From positions 32,001 to 96,000 of IMG/VR virus record IMGVR_UViG_3300032308_001297: 64,000 nucleotides of DNA, one strand, 5' to 3'. Positions 54,579 through 64,000 of the stretch are shown piece by piece. This DNA is from a virus. Made by a program: the position numbers and the translations under genes. The notes below the pieces were generated by a model. It worked only from the letters and a program-made list of their open reading frames with translations, searched no databases and was not told the origin of the DNA. Positions within the stretch are counted from its first letter, which is position 1. Each line of letters opens with the position of its first letter.

Positions 54579-56219
54579 TTAGAACATGTCAGGAGTGTTC
54601 CACATCCAGGCGTCACCAACGTATTTTTCATATTCTTCTTCATAAAATTCTTCTCTTCCAGAATCCACAAACCCAAAAGGAGCCAGATCTTGCTCCATAT
54701 CATCTTCAGTTTTATCCCTCAAAGAATTTAGGGTGTTGATATTAGTATAATCTTTAAAATATTGCTGGTCTGACAACCAAGCAAAAAGAACCAGACACAT
54801 CACCAAGTCATCATGTTTTCCTGGCTCTGCCTCGTAAGAAGTTCCTTTTTTAGAAAAAGTTCCTAATTCGCTAATTGTATTAATTTCATTCACAATAAAT
54901 TGGTTTTGTTCGATCAAAAGTTTTAGAATTGAACATCCAACCGATTTGACTATTTTAGTAGTTCTAATGCCTTTATCAACATTAGTGCCGCCAAACCCAG
55001 CAGTAATTCTTTTCCCTGAACGACCAGCGTTTTCAGTAAACAAAACATGTTCGTAGCCGAAATCGTAGTGAAGAGAGTGTGAAACCTGTTCGCCAATGTC
55101 GTTTACCTCTACTAGAACTGAAGCGTTGTTATATGCTTTGGCTATTCGGTGAATAACATCGGCATAATCAACAGGAGTAATATTATTGTTCCTATAAACC
55201 CCGACCTGATTATATGGCATAGATGTAACATCAACTAACTGAAACGCTGAATAATCTAGACCTTTACCACGAGAAACGTCGCAAACCATCATATAAACAC
55301 GGTTTGGTTCTGGTTGAATGAATTGTGTAAAACCTTCTTTTTGTAAGACAGGAGCTCGAGCTACCAATTCTTTTAATTTCCAACCAGCAATAAGAGTGCC
55401 CGACGAACCTAAGAATTCGCAGTTATATTCCTGATCGAACTTCTCTAAGTCGAAGTTCATACCAGCCAGAGTATCAGCTTTCCACTTTTCGTCTCTACCA
55501 GGAACAGCTGTCCAATGAACTAGAATTGGATGATAACCATTAGTTCCCTGTTGAGCGTTTGCCCAAGTAGCATGGAAATGGTTCAAACCATTTGGAGTGG
55601 AAACGAGAATAATCTTTGATTCTGAACCTGATGAAATTGTAGGATAAACCGAAGTAAAGAATTCGTCCCAGTTCTCAATGAACGCCGCTTCGTCGATGAA
55701 TAAAAGGTTGATAGAATATCCACGGATGGCAGAAGCTGACGTTGCAGCAGCCAAAACACGGCTGTTATTTTCAAGAACGAACGAACCTTTGTTCCATTCA
55801 ACCACACCTTGCTGTAACCATTTCGGCAGATGCTGATAAGCAAGCTGAATACGACCCAAAATTTCTCTAGCCGTATCGCCTTTATTGGCTAGTAGAGCGA
55901 CTGTTTTGTCTGGGTTGAATATGATATACCAAAGAATAAATGCACAGGTTGTAGTCGACTTACCTGCCTGACGAGCGGTTGTAACAATAGAATAACGATT
56001 GTCTTTGAAAGAACGAACCATCTCTTTCTGATATTCATACATATCAAAACTAGTGAGACCCTCATTAATCGAGATAATTTTCATATAGTTTTCGGTAAAA
56101 TATACAGGGTCTTGTTGACACTTAACATATTCTTGAACTAAATCTTCAGTCCATTCAATGTTTTGATTAGTTTTCTTTAGAAGAACATTACCCTTATAAC
56201 CACCAGTCAAATCATTCAT
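54579..56219 (-). CDS. 17: Terminase large subunit gp17
   Basis: RQAGKST, IDEAAF, STPNGLNHF, DVSRG.G.DYS, HDDLVM. Confidence 0.97.
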   Translation of the reverse strand: MNDLTGGYKGNVLLKKTNQNIEWTEDLVQEYVKCQQDPVYFTENYMKIISINEGLTSFDMYEYQKEMVRSFKDNRYSIVTTARQAGKSTTTCAFILWYIIFNPDKTVALLANKGDTAREILGRIQLAYQHLPKWLQQGVVEWNKGSFVLENNSRVLAAATSASAIRGYSINLLFIDEAAFIENWDEFFTSVYPTISSGSESKIILVSTPNGLNHFHATWANAQQGTNGYHPILVHWTAVPGRDEKWKADTLAGMNFDLEKFDQEYNCEFLGSSGTLIAGWKLKELVARAPVLQKEGFTQFIQPEPNRVYMMVCDVSRGKGLDYSAFQLVDVTSMPYNQVGVYRNNNITPVDYADVIHRIAKAYNNASVLVEVNDIGEQVSHSLHYDFGYEHVLFTENAGRSGKRITAGFGGTNVDKGIRTTKIVKSVGCSILKLLIEQNQFIVNEINTISELGTFSKKGTSYEAEPGKHDDLVMCLVLFAWLSDQQYFKDYTNINTLNSLRDKTEDDMEQDLAPFGFVDSGREEFYEEEYEKYVGDAWMWNTPDMF

Positions 56220-56628
56220 TGTTCTTCATATCCTTGAGAACTTTTTGTAATTCTGCAGTTGAACCAACGAATAGATTATTATTGATGGTTTGGGCTTTTT
56301 CATTGATTGGAGAATCTTTAGCGTCTATCTCGCGGATTTTGGTTTGTAGCTCCAATAGTTCTTTATTGGTGTTTACCATTGTATCCATAAGTTTAGCCAA
56401 AACTTCGAAAGCTCTCGGATGTTGCGACTGGCCAGCTATTTCTGATAACTTGTCCATAGCCTCTTGACCTGTTTGGATTACTTCGTATAAATTTGCACGT
56501 GCTGCTTCGAAATCATTTCGAGCAGAATCATCATGCGCTTTAGCAATTAAAGCATCTATTTGTTTTTCGTTGACCAATGGAGCAAGATCTAGAGCTTTGC
56601 CGATTGGATCCTTTTCGTCATCATTCAT
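56212..56628 (-). CDS. 16: Terminase small subunit gp16
   Basis: DFE.AR.NL, HPRAFEV, NNLFVGSTAELQK. Confidence 0.92.
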   Translation of the reverse strand: MNDDEKDPIGKALDLAPLVNEKQIDALIAKAHDDSARNDFEAARANLYEVIQTGQEAMDKLSEIAGQSQHPRAFEVLAKLMDTMVNTNKELLELQTKIREIDAKDSPINEKAQTINNNLFVGSTAELQKVLKDMKNNE

Positions 56629-57493
56629 TCAACTCATCTGAATTGTATATCATGGTAATGTATCCATAATCATCATCAGCCTCAATTTCAGTATATGGTA
56701 TAGTTCCGGTGCTTGTATTTGGGCCACCCGTCCAGTTTATCGCCACTCCTGTGTTCGATAATCCTGGTTGTATCGTGACCTTTTCTGCGATTTCAGTGTT
56801 GCCAACCGCATCTGCGAGTTTACCATCAGCGACCGAAGGGATATAAAAGTTAGTATTGATAAACTTAATAATACCAGATTTTTTAACAGGTCCATAGAAA
56901 TATCCTTTCAATAAGAAATCCAAAGACCAGATAATCATTCGACGATCTTTGTAATCTCCATCGTATTTATCTTCATAATTAATATTAGTTAATATGATTG
57001 GTATGTCCATTGTAATTTCCATTTCTGGAATAAGATTACAAGTGGTTGTCCAATCTGGAGTAAAATACGGAAGTATTTGCTCCATAATTTTAGTTCCATC
57101 TTCAACATTTTTTACATATATAAACGCTTTAAATGATATATTATAAGGAACTGGGTTATATTGATATTTTAGTTTACTTGGGGAACCAGTAATAGCAGTG
57201 TTTACTACACTTTTTCCAATAGTGTTTAACTTACGTGTTCCATCATATTTTATTTCTCCCATTTCGAAAGAAATCATAGGTAGCGGTCCAACAGCTGTTC
57301 CTTTATCTAATGCTGGATCTTGAAAGACACGAGCAAGCATTTTGTCTTTTGGACCATATGTAATCGGAACCTTTAATAACGCTGTTACATTTCCCGAACT
57401 ATCTGTTCTGGTTATACGAATATTATTGAGCAAAGTTCCCATGAGGATAACATATTTGCGCATTAAACTGAAATAAAATGGAGCGCCAAACAT
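56621..57493 (-). CDS. 15: Tail terminator/sheath stabiliser gp15
   Basis: VPITYGPK.K, LP.ISFE, PVPY, EQILPYF.P, YGP. Confidence 0.92.
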   Translation of the reverse strand: MFGAPFYFSLMRKYVILMGTLLNNIRITRTDSSGNVTALLKVPITYGPKDKMLARVFQDPALDKGTAVGPLPMISFEMGEIKYDGTRKLNTIGKSVVNTAITGSPSKLKYQYNPVPYNISFKAFIYVKNVEDGTKIMEQILPYFTPDWTTTCNLIPEMEITMDIPIILTNINYEDKYDGDYKDRRMIIWSLDFLLKGYFYGPVKKSGIIKFINTNFYIPSVADGKLADAVGNTEIAEKVTIQPGLSNTGVAINWTGGPNTSTGTIPYTEIEADDDYGYITMIYNSDELNE

Positions 57494-58218
57494 TAAATGG
57501 TTCCTTCGCTAAATGGATCTGCAGAACTGAAGTCGACAAATAAATCGGATTCTCTTTGAATTTCGTCGCTATCGTCTGCGATAACTAAGTCAGAAGCAGA
57601 TTTACCTTCTAGAATTAGATAATCACCATCTTCTGTTTTAATTGGACCTCCGTCCGAATCATCATCAATAGACCAATCAAGAATATTAGTGCTATAATTC
57701 TGTTGAATGATATCTATTTCTGGTATGCCTGTGCTGAATTTTTCTCCAGCATATTCGAATACTTCGCAAGTCATTTCCCAAGTTTGTAGAGCGCCCAACT
57801 GATAAAACATTTCATACTTATTAACATAACGAATAACAAATGCTCTTTGGTTTAATGGGAAATAAATTATATCTCCTTCGTTTGGTCTAACCTGTGTTGT
57901 ATATTCCCCGACGTCTTCATTAAATCTTCTTCTTGCAATAGAGAATACAACTTGATTACGAATTTCCACACCAAACTTAGAAAGAAACTCGCCATCCCCA
58001 GTAAATCCATCAATAGATTTGATATACATTTCTACAGGATATGAAGATTCATAGCTAGAAATATCATCTGAACCATAAACATCATCGTAATTATTAAGTT
58101 TACGAGGAAGGTAATAAATGTCATGTCCATAAATTTTGATAGCTTCAATAACCAGATCTTCCAGAAGAAGCTGCTCTTGAGATGCTTGAAAGTTATTGAA
58201 GAAAAAATTTGTGGCCAT
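57493..58218 (-). CDS. 14: Neck protein gp14
   Basis: EQ.L.EDLV.E.IK.YG...YYLPR, SKFG, RPNEGD, FYQLG, DFS..DPF. Confidence 0.93.
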   Translation of the reverse strand: MATNFFFNNFQASQEQLLLEDLVIEAIKIYGHDIYYLPRKLNNYDDVYGSDDISSYESSYPVEMYIKSIDGFTGDGEFLSKFGVEIRNQVVFSIARRRFNEDVGEYTTQVRPNEGDIIYFPLNQRAFVIRYVNKYEMFYQLGALQTWEMTCEVFEYAGEKFSTGIPEIDIIQQNYSTNILDWSIDDDSDGGPIKTEDGDYLILEGKSASDLVIADDSDEIQRESDLFVDFSSADPFSEGTI

Positions 58219-58220
58219 GA

Positions 58221-58961
58221 TTATCCAATCATATCAGTTGCTGGCAAGCTGTATGAGTAGATCATTTCTTTTTCGAGTTGTTCTCTTTCGGCTGTTGCCT
58301 CGTCATAAATCTGTTGGCCGTTGAATTCAATTCCACCAGGAAGTTTCATTCCACGGAACTTCTTCATGTTCTGACCCCATTGCTGTTTAATCAAACAAGA
58401 AGCATAACGTCCTAACCAACGATCACCCCAAGCATCTGTATAAACGTCAGGATCAACGACTTGATATGCTTCAACAATAAGATAATTATTAACAGAAACC
58501 TGATCCCAAGACATATCAATATAAAGTCTATTAATGTGTCTATTATATCTTAAAGGTTGTTTACCAACTAGCATCTGTTCTAAGAATTGAACATGATTCA
58601 TAGCCATATAATATGGAACCATGGAAACTGATGTTAGGGTATAAAGGTCATTAAGAGCAATTTGATAACGAATATTGAATAAATTATTCAAACCTAAAGC
58701 AGAACCAAGGTCAAAAATATTTACAACGCCGATAATGTTTTCTGGCATTGTGATATATTTGTTATCAATATCTGATTGCGTTAACAATCTTTTATAATAA
58801 GTTTTCTCGGAACCATCAAAATGATAATCCCAATAATATCTTAATGCTTCGTCGATACGATCACCTACTTGGTCCTCGTCGACATTAATTTCAATAACTG
58901 GTTTACCTAATTTTCTTAGGCAAAATTCTGTAAATTCTGCTCTTGATGTTGGTACTGCCAT
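58221..58961 (-). CDS. 13: Neck protein gp13
   Basis: CLRKLGKPVIEINV, YHFDG, KQQWGQN..KF, LPGG..FNG. Confidence 0.95.
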   Translation of the reverse strand: MAVPTSRAEFTEFCLRKLGKPVIEINVDEDQVGDRIDEALRYYWDYHFDGSEKTYYKRLLTQSDIDNKYITMPENIIGVVNIFDLGSALGLNNLFNIRYQIALNDLYTLTSVSMVPYYMAMNHVQFLEQMLVGKQPLRYNRHINRLYIDMSWDQVSVNNYLIVEAYQVVDPDVYTDAWGDRWLGRYASCLIKQQWGQNMKKFRGMKLPGGIEFNGQQIYDEATAEREQLEKEMIYSYSLPATDMIG

Positions 58962-58971
58962 TTTCCTGTCC

Positions 58972-59937
58972 TTATTGGATCTTTTTATTTAATTCTTTAA
59001 TAGCTTCAATCAACAGAGCAACAATTCTATCATATTTAACAGCTTTAGTTCCATCATTTCTTGTAACAACTACTTCTGGTAGAACCTTTTCGAGTTGGTC
59101 GGCGATAACACCAACGTCATGTTTACGAATAAAATAACCATCTTCGCCGCCATGCTCTTCGATGTATTGGTCAGTCCAATCGAACTCAACGCCATCAAGC
59201 CACAGAACTTTATCAAGAGCGTTTGGAATTGGTTTAATGTTTTCTTTAAGAGAAGCATCAGAAGAATAGTAAGCAGTAATATTATTAACAGCACGAATTT
59301 CGCCAGATGTTCCAGAGGCTGGAGTTCCAACACCAAGAGATTGAATCTGCGAAACACCAGTTGTTACTGCAGTGTTCATTGTTGTAAGACCAGAAACAGT
59401 AAGGTTATTACTCATGTTAACAAGTCTAAGATTAGTTGTAGAGCTTACAACATTAAGAGTTCCGCCAATAACAGCGTTTCCTGTAACAGATATACTAGAA
59501 CTGAAATTACCATTACCGCTGAAACTCATTTGATTAGAAAAAGTAGCTGCGCCCGTAATCAATACAGTATTAGAAAAAGTAGCTGCGCCATTAACATTTA
59601 ACGGTCCATTGAAAGTACCATTGCCACTAAAATTCATCTGGTTGGAAAAGGTAGCAGAGCCAGTTACTAAGATTGTATTGGCGAATGTAGCTGCACCATT
59701 TATATTAAGACCACCAGTAGCAGTAATAGTGGAGATCGTAGCAGTATTAACGTTTAATGTTCCAGTAATTTGACAATTACCGATAACGTTGGCAAACCCT
59801 GTTATTTCGGTGTTACCGTTTACTGATAGAACTTGACCTGGAGTTAATGTGTTTATACCAACCTTTCCGTTTCTTACAGACAGAAGGCTGGTATTTACTA
59901 TAAGACCGTTCTTTACGATAAAATCTGAATTTGCCAT
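58972..59937 (-). CDS. Tail fibre-like protein with C-terminal intramolecular chaperone (peptidase S74)
   Basis: Start MANSDFIVKNGL; beta-repeats; YYSSDASLKENI...FDW...GVIA..LE..LPE.V. Confidence 0.85.
   Translation of the reverse strand: MANSDFIVKNGLIVNTSLLSVRNGKVGINTLTPGQVLSVNGNTEITGFANVIGNCQITGTLNVNTATISTITATGGLNINGAATFANTILVTGSATFSNQMNFSGNGTFNGPLNVNGAATFSNTVLITGAATFSNQMSFSGNGNFSSSISVTGNAVIGGTLNVVSSTTNLRLVNMSNNLTVSGLTTMNTAVTTGVSQIQSLGVGTPASGTSGEIRAVNNITAYYSSDASLKENIKPIPNALDKVLWLDGVEFDWTDQYIEEHGGEDGYFIRKHDVGVIADQLEKVLPEVVVTRNDGTKAVKYDRIVALLIEAIKELNKKIQ
59515..59710 (-). repeat. Degenerate 36-nt (12-aa) coding repeats
   Basis: attagaaaaagtagctgcgcc twice at 36-nt spacing; protein units GAATFSNxxxxx/GNGxFxxxxxxx. 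Confidence 0.7.
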
Positions 59938-59968
59938 GGTTCCCTTTCCCCTATGTCGTTTTAAGTAT

Positions 59969-60595
59969 TTATTTAAATTTTGGACCCTCAACCCAAATCA
60001 CTAAAGATTTTCTTATACCACGAAGAACAGGAGTAACTTTATGAATAAGAAAAGAAGGAAATGCTACTATTCTGCCTTTATGTAATGGTACAGGTAAAGC
60101 GTTATTTTCCATACCCATATTCATCAATAAATCGCCGCCAACAAAATCAGTACCAGATTCATTTAACAATAGGATCAAAGATAATTTTCTTGTGTCTTCA
60201 GTTTCGTTGATATTTTTTCCTAAAAACGTGTCCATATGCCAATCATAAGTTCCTTCGTTCTCAGAATCGTAAACTGTAAACTGAATTTTTTCGTAGCCAT
60301 TCAAATCAAAACCATAAAAATTATCGTTTATACTTTTAATGATATTATTAAATCTCTCAAAAATCCATCCAGTTTCTTTGTTTTTAGAAAAAAAATTAAC
60401 TTTTGATCTTCTGATATTATTATTTTCCGACAACCCATTTTTATCAAAAATTTTAGAATCGTCAAAAGAAAAAGTTTTTTCTAAATTTTGTAATTGAATT
60501 ATTTCTTCTTCCGAAAATCCATTATCCCAGAACACATAAGGATAAGTTGTTTTTTTCCTATCAGTAGGATTATTATGTATAGTAGTATAATTCAT
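59969..60595 (-). CDS. 2OG-Fe(II) oxygenase
   Basis: QFTVY, YDWHMD, RKLS, GGDL, FPSFLIHKVTPV..G.RKSLV.W. Confidence 0.9.
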   Translation of the reverse strand: MNYTTIHNNPTDRKKTTYPYVFWDNGFSEEEIIQLQNLEKTFSFDDSKIFDKNGLSENNNIRRSKVNFFSKNKETGWIFERFNNIIKSINDNFYGFDLNGYEKIQFTVYDSENEGTYDWHMDTFLGKNINETEDTRKLSLILLLNESGTDFVGGDLLMNMGMENNALPVPLHKGRIVAFPSFLIHKVTPVLRGIRKSLVIWVEGPKFK

Positions 60596-60608
60596 GACAA
60601 AAACTTTC

Positions 60609-60959
60609 TTAAATATTTGCTTCGAAACTATTAATTTTTCCTAACAATTCTTTGACTACACTAAGATCTTTTTTAATAAAAGGATCTAAAACTTCTTCTT
60701 TATGTTTTAACCAAACAGTTGGAGCGCTACGAATAACAAAATATTCCAATTCTTCTAAAGTTGGTATAGGTTTGTCGTAAAACATCAAATTATAATCAGA
60801 AGCACATCTTGTAGGATAACCATATTTTGTGGTTCTGATTTTTCCATTTTGTTCAAATTCAGTGGCTAACATTTCTTCGGTTACAATATCAGTCCAATAT
60901 CTAACAACCATAGAATGTTGCATTTCATCAACAGAAATAATTCTATAATTAATTTTCAT
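60609..60959 (-). CDS. Hypothetical tail-fibre-associated protein
   Basis: 116-aa ORF directly after the Gly-rich adhesin. Confidence 0.6.
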   Translation of the reverse strand: MKINYRIISVDEMQHSMVVRYWTDIVTEEMLATEFEQNGKIRTTKYGYPTRCASDYNLMFYDKPIPTLEELEYFVIRSAPTVWLKHKEEVLDPFIKKDLSVVKELLGKINSFEANI

Positions 60960-60960
60960 A

Positions 60961-62313
60961 TTATACCTTTGGACCGTTAATTGTTCCTGAGTTCACGTAA
61001 ATAATATTTGAGTTTCCACTGATTGCAGAACCTTGTGGTCCTGTTGCTCCTGTTGGACCTGTTGCACCTGTTGATCCTTTTGGACCGCTAGATCCTGGTG
61101 CGCCCGTTGGTCCTGTTGCACCTGCTGCTCCGTTTGGTCCTTTTGGTCCTGTTCCACCAGCACCACCACCTGAGCCGCCAGCAGCACCATCACCTCCATG
61201 AAAATGAGAATGTCCATCATACCAAGAAGATTGGCTGTGCGTCCCACCTGCGCCTGGATTACCAGCACCACCGATATTGCCACCAGAACCACCAGCACCA
61301 CCATGACTGTGATAACCATGATCATTAACGTGGTTGTGTGCTCCACCACCACCAGCGCCTCCACTGTTACCACTACCAGCACTACCTGCTCCGCCGCCCT
61401 CGACAGCACCACCACCGGCACCAACAGGGCTTCCACCGCCACCACCACCACCGCCGCCGCCAGTGTTGTGAATATGACGACCACCGCCACCACCACCACC
61501 GCCGCCACCGCCTCCGGTGCCGCCTGGACCCCCTGGACCTCCTGCACCGCCTGATCCTCCAGGACCTCCTGGACCGCCAGTACCGCCAGTACCTCCTGGA
61601 CCACCAACACCTCCGGCGCCACCAGTTCCGCCAGTGCCACCAGTGATAGTATTAGCGTTGTTTAATAGAATTCTAATACCTGAAACTGTATCTGCTTGTA
61701 GAGAAATACCACCAGAACCTCCGGTAGCGCCTGTACCACCAGCGTTGCCTATGCCACCAGGTCCACCAGCATTACCTGTGCCTCCAGTGCCACCAGCATT
61801 ACCTGTGCCTCCAGTGCCACCAGAACCTCCGGTAGCACCACCACCACCAGCATTTCCTGCTTGAACGTCAGTGTTATGGTTATGACCTTCCCAATGATCG
61901 CACCAATGATGGCCAGTTGGACCAGCCCAACCACCCCATCCACCGCCACCACCAGCACCTACGCCACCAGTAGAACCTGTACCACCAGCATTTCCTGCTG
62001 TTCCTGTAGTTCCTGTAGTTCCAGCAGTTCCTGTGGTTCCAGTAGTTCCGGAAGATCCAGTATTTCCTGTTGTTCCTGTAGCGCCTGTGATTACTGCATT
62101 ATTTTTAATATAAAGCCATGATCCACTTTTCCAAGAAGTTCCTGTTTTGAACGCTGCAGTTCCTGAACTTGTACTAGCAACATTCGCATCAATAAAACAG
62201 AAAACTGAAAGAGGATAGGCAGGATTAGATGCTTTGGCGTACAAATCTACGTTGTTTTCAGAAGCACTAATCTTAACAATTTTGGTTGGTCTTGGTAAAG
62301 GTACAACAAACAT
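60961..62313 (-). CDS. Gly-rich/collagen-like, gp38-like adhesin (putative receptor-binding protein)
   Basis: LYIKNNAVITG, (Gly-X-Y)n runs, polyglycine tracts separated by His/Trp-rich loops, C-terminal GSAISGN...SGTINGP. Confidence 0.7.
   Translation of the reverse strand: MFVVPLPRPTKIVKISASENNVDLYAKASNPAYPLSVFCFIDANVASTSSGTAAFKTGTSWKSGSWLYIKNNAVITGATGTTGNTGSSGTTGTTGTAGTTGTTGTAGNAGGTGSTGGVGAGGGGGWGGWAGPTGHHWCDHWEGHNHNTDVQAGNAGGGGATGGSGGTGGTGNAGGTGGTGNAGGPGGIGNAGGTGATGGSGGISLQADTVSGIRILLNNANTITGGTGGTGGAGGVGGPGGTGGTGGPGGPGGSGGAGGPGGPGGTGGGGGGGGGGGGRHIHNTGGGGGGGGGGSPVGAGGGAVEGGGAGSAGSGNSGGAGGGGAHNHVNDHGYHSHGGAGGSGGNIGGAGNPGAGGTHSQSSWYDGHSHFHGGDGAAGGSGGGAGGTGPKGPNGAAGATGPTGAPGSSGPKGSTGATGPTGATGPQGSAISGNSNIIYVNSGTINGPKV
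61763..61823. repeat. Perfect 27-nt tandem repeat in the collagen-like region
   Basis: ccaccagcattacctgtgcctccagtg x2 plus a partial third copy. Confidence 0.85.
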
Positions 62314-63869
62314 TATTTCACGTCCGTTAAGTAAGAGCCATATAAATTATTTCCGTCAGAGATAAACGAGAACACGTCTCTGGCATTAGCTGTGGTAGTC
62401 AAAACAGGTGCTACACCAGCTGGCCATTTGAAAACTGAGTTCCAAGTCAAAGTTCTGCTTCCCGTTGCATCCTGAACCACATGTAATATATAGGTTCCTA
62501 TTTTAAGGTTGGATGGAGCAGCCATAGTTCTATTTCCACCAAGAGTAACAGTAGCAACCTGACCGGAAGCTGTGTTCCAAGAAACAGTAACGCCATCTGT
62601 TAGAGTCTGATTAAGAACGTTAGATGAAGCAATATCAATAGTTCCTGCAACTTTTAACGTTGTGGTGTTGGCAATAAAATTAGAACCAACAGTATAAGAA
62701 GCAGCATTAATAGTTCCAGTGGTATATACACCAGAAGTATTAGCAATAAACCAGTTAGTACTAGTGTTACCGCCAAAAAGAGTGTTAGCCTGAAAGTTAG
62801 CTACTTTAAAAGAAGTATTGGTTGTATCAATATAAACGTTGGCATCTGGCTCAGGAAGATAGCTATCAAAAACTTTCCAAATGCCATCAGATGCGTCTCT
62901 AAAGAATCCTGTATGACGGTATGTTCCATCATTATAATTACCAGCGAATCCAAGATCTGGGTTAGCAGTATTATTATTAGCATTCAAATAAATCATATTA
63001 TCGATGACAGAAAGATTGTTTGCACCGATAACATTAACATTAGAACCAACATATAGATTACCAGTAAGGGTAAGGTTTCCTAAAGTAATACTATCTGTCG
63101 ATCTTATATCTTGATTCATTCTATATGGAAGTCTGGCTTCGGCAAGAGTTCCACTAGAAATATTAGTAGCATTGGCTGCAAAAGTAGTAGCATTAGTATA
63201 AGTGTTTGCCGCTTTTAAATCAGTATAAGAACTAGAATTTGAGTATGCAGCGCCAGCGTTTGAAGTGATCCAAGAAGCAACATTGGCTACAGTGGCAGAA
63301 GAATTACCGAGATAAGTTGCTACGTTAGCAGTACCAGTAAAGTTAGTAGCAACAACAGTGTTACCGACTGTTAATGTATTAGAAACTTTGTCAAAAGTAA
63401 ATCCAGCAGAAGCATTAGAAAACTGCTGGTCATTAAACTGAACCTGTGTGTTTGAACCTGCAACCGAAGTAACATTTGCCCAATAAACAGAAGATCCGTT
63501 AGACTGAAGCGCCTGACCAGCAACACCAACACCACCGTTGGCAATCAAACCACTTGAAATAACAATATTAGCACTATAAGTGTGGATACCAGAGATTGTA
63601 TAATCTCCAGCAGTATTTACATAAGAGGCTGCAGCAACACCGCCTAAGTTGTTAGCATTATTCGCTGTTCCTGGGTAGGAAGAAGAACTAAGAGGCAATC
63701 CATCAATAGTAACACCAGTTGAATGTACTGAAGTATTTCCTATTGTGAAACCAGTGGAATGCACTGTTGAATTACCAACAGCAATCTGGCTAGTAAGAGT
63801 TACCGTATTACCAGCTGTATTAACTGTAAGATATTGACCTAAAGTACCTAACTGTTGGTTCTGAGCCAT
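62313..63869 (-). CDS. Tail fibre protein
   Basis: Asn/Thr/Ser-rich; V.DN.I.LN..N..D.G, C-terminal TLGGNRT...VQDATGSRTLTW...WPAG..P.L module. Confidence 0.8.
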   Translation of the reverse strand: MAQNQQLGTLGQYLTVNTAGNTVTLTSQIAVGNSTVHSTGFTIGNTSVHSTGVTIDGLPLSSSSYPGTANNANNLGGVAAASYVNTAGDYTISGIHTYSANIVISSGLIANGGVGVAGQALQSNGSSVYWANVTSVAGSNTQVQFNDQQFSNASAGFTFDKVSNTLTVGNTVVATNFTGTANVATYLGNSSATVANVASWITSNAGAAYSNSSSYTDLKAANTYTNATTFAANATNISSGTLAEARLPYRMNQDIRSTDSITLGNLTLTGNLYVGSNVNVIGANNLSVIDNMIYLNANNNTANPDLGFAGNYNDGTYRHTGFFRDASDGIWKVFDSYLPEPDANVYIDTTNTSFKVANFQANTLFGGNTSTNWFIANTSGVYTTGTINAASYTVGSNFIANTTTLKVAGTIDIASSNVLNQTLTDGVTVSWNTASGQVATVTLGGNRTMAAPSNLKIGTYILHVVQDATGSRTLTWNSVFKWPAGVAPVLTTTANARDVFSFISDGNNLYGSYLTDVK

Positions 63870-63924
63870 AGCATTCTTTTCCTAATGTTTTATTCTTATT
63901 TAGTTAAACGGGATTTGATCCTAT

Positions 63925-64000
63925 CTATGTTGTAAATATGTCTGGCCAGAATGCTTTGAGTTCTTCAATATTAGAAACATTATCAAGGTCTGAATGAGTT
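63925..64000 (-). CDS. 3' end of a possible tail-fibre assembly protein (partial)
   Basis: ...THSDLDNVSNIEELKAFWPDIFTT*. Confidence 0.45.
   Translation of the reverse strand, partial: THSDLDNVSNIEELKAFWPDIFTT

Noticed and set aside
59515-62100. CRISPR array or DGR template/variable repeats
   Set aside because: Repeats are in-frame coding units without spacers; no adenine-specific mismatch pair and no reverse transcriptase in the window
60993-62121. Several alternative-frame and antisense ORFs (Val-, His-, Thr-, Pro-rich) over the adhesin
   Set aside because: Shadows of GGN-rich low-complexity codons; no SD or independent features
1-64000. Stop-codon reassignment or introns/inteins in core genes
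   Set aside because: Core genes (17, 20, 23, 44, 46, uvsW) are full length and uninterrupted in code 11, and TAA, TAG and TGA all act as stops

Overview
64 kb of an AT-rich T4-like (Tevenvirinae-type) myophage genome read in standard code 11. The host is probably an alphaproteobacterium (Rhizobiales-like); this is inferred, not shown. Bases 1-17.27 kb are on the + strand: GIY-YIG/denA-like nuclease, tRNA(CAT), exported cell-wall enzymes, ClpP, a nucleotidyltransferase, glutaredoxin, a SpeD-like decarboxylase, an NDP-heptose/methyltransferase/glycosyltransferase cluster, rnh, phoH, a PlcP-like plus Agt-like pair, and an exonuclease. From 17.26 kb to 64 kb almost everything is on the - strand: accessory enzymes with tRNA-Gly/Asn/Cys, regA-62-44-45, a Tet/JBP + amidotransferase + amidoligase + GNAT + aGPT-PPlase2 DNA-hypermodification cluster, def, endolysin, 46-47-55-uvsW-uvsY, the head-tail module (3, 23, 22, 21, 20, 19, 18, 17, 16, 15, 14, 13) and tail-fibre/adhesin genes. 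The most notable items are: (1) a phage-borne phoH-plcP-agt phosphate-starvation lipid-remodelling cassette; (2) the chemically unresolved DNA hypermodification locus; (3) a late-promoter nucleotidyltransferase carrying a T4-type capsid-targeting sequence (MHNFSEFIAE); (4) a nearly complete nucleotide-heptose pathway. All calls come from motif recognition by eye; no searches were run.
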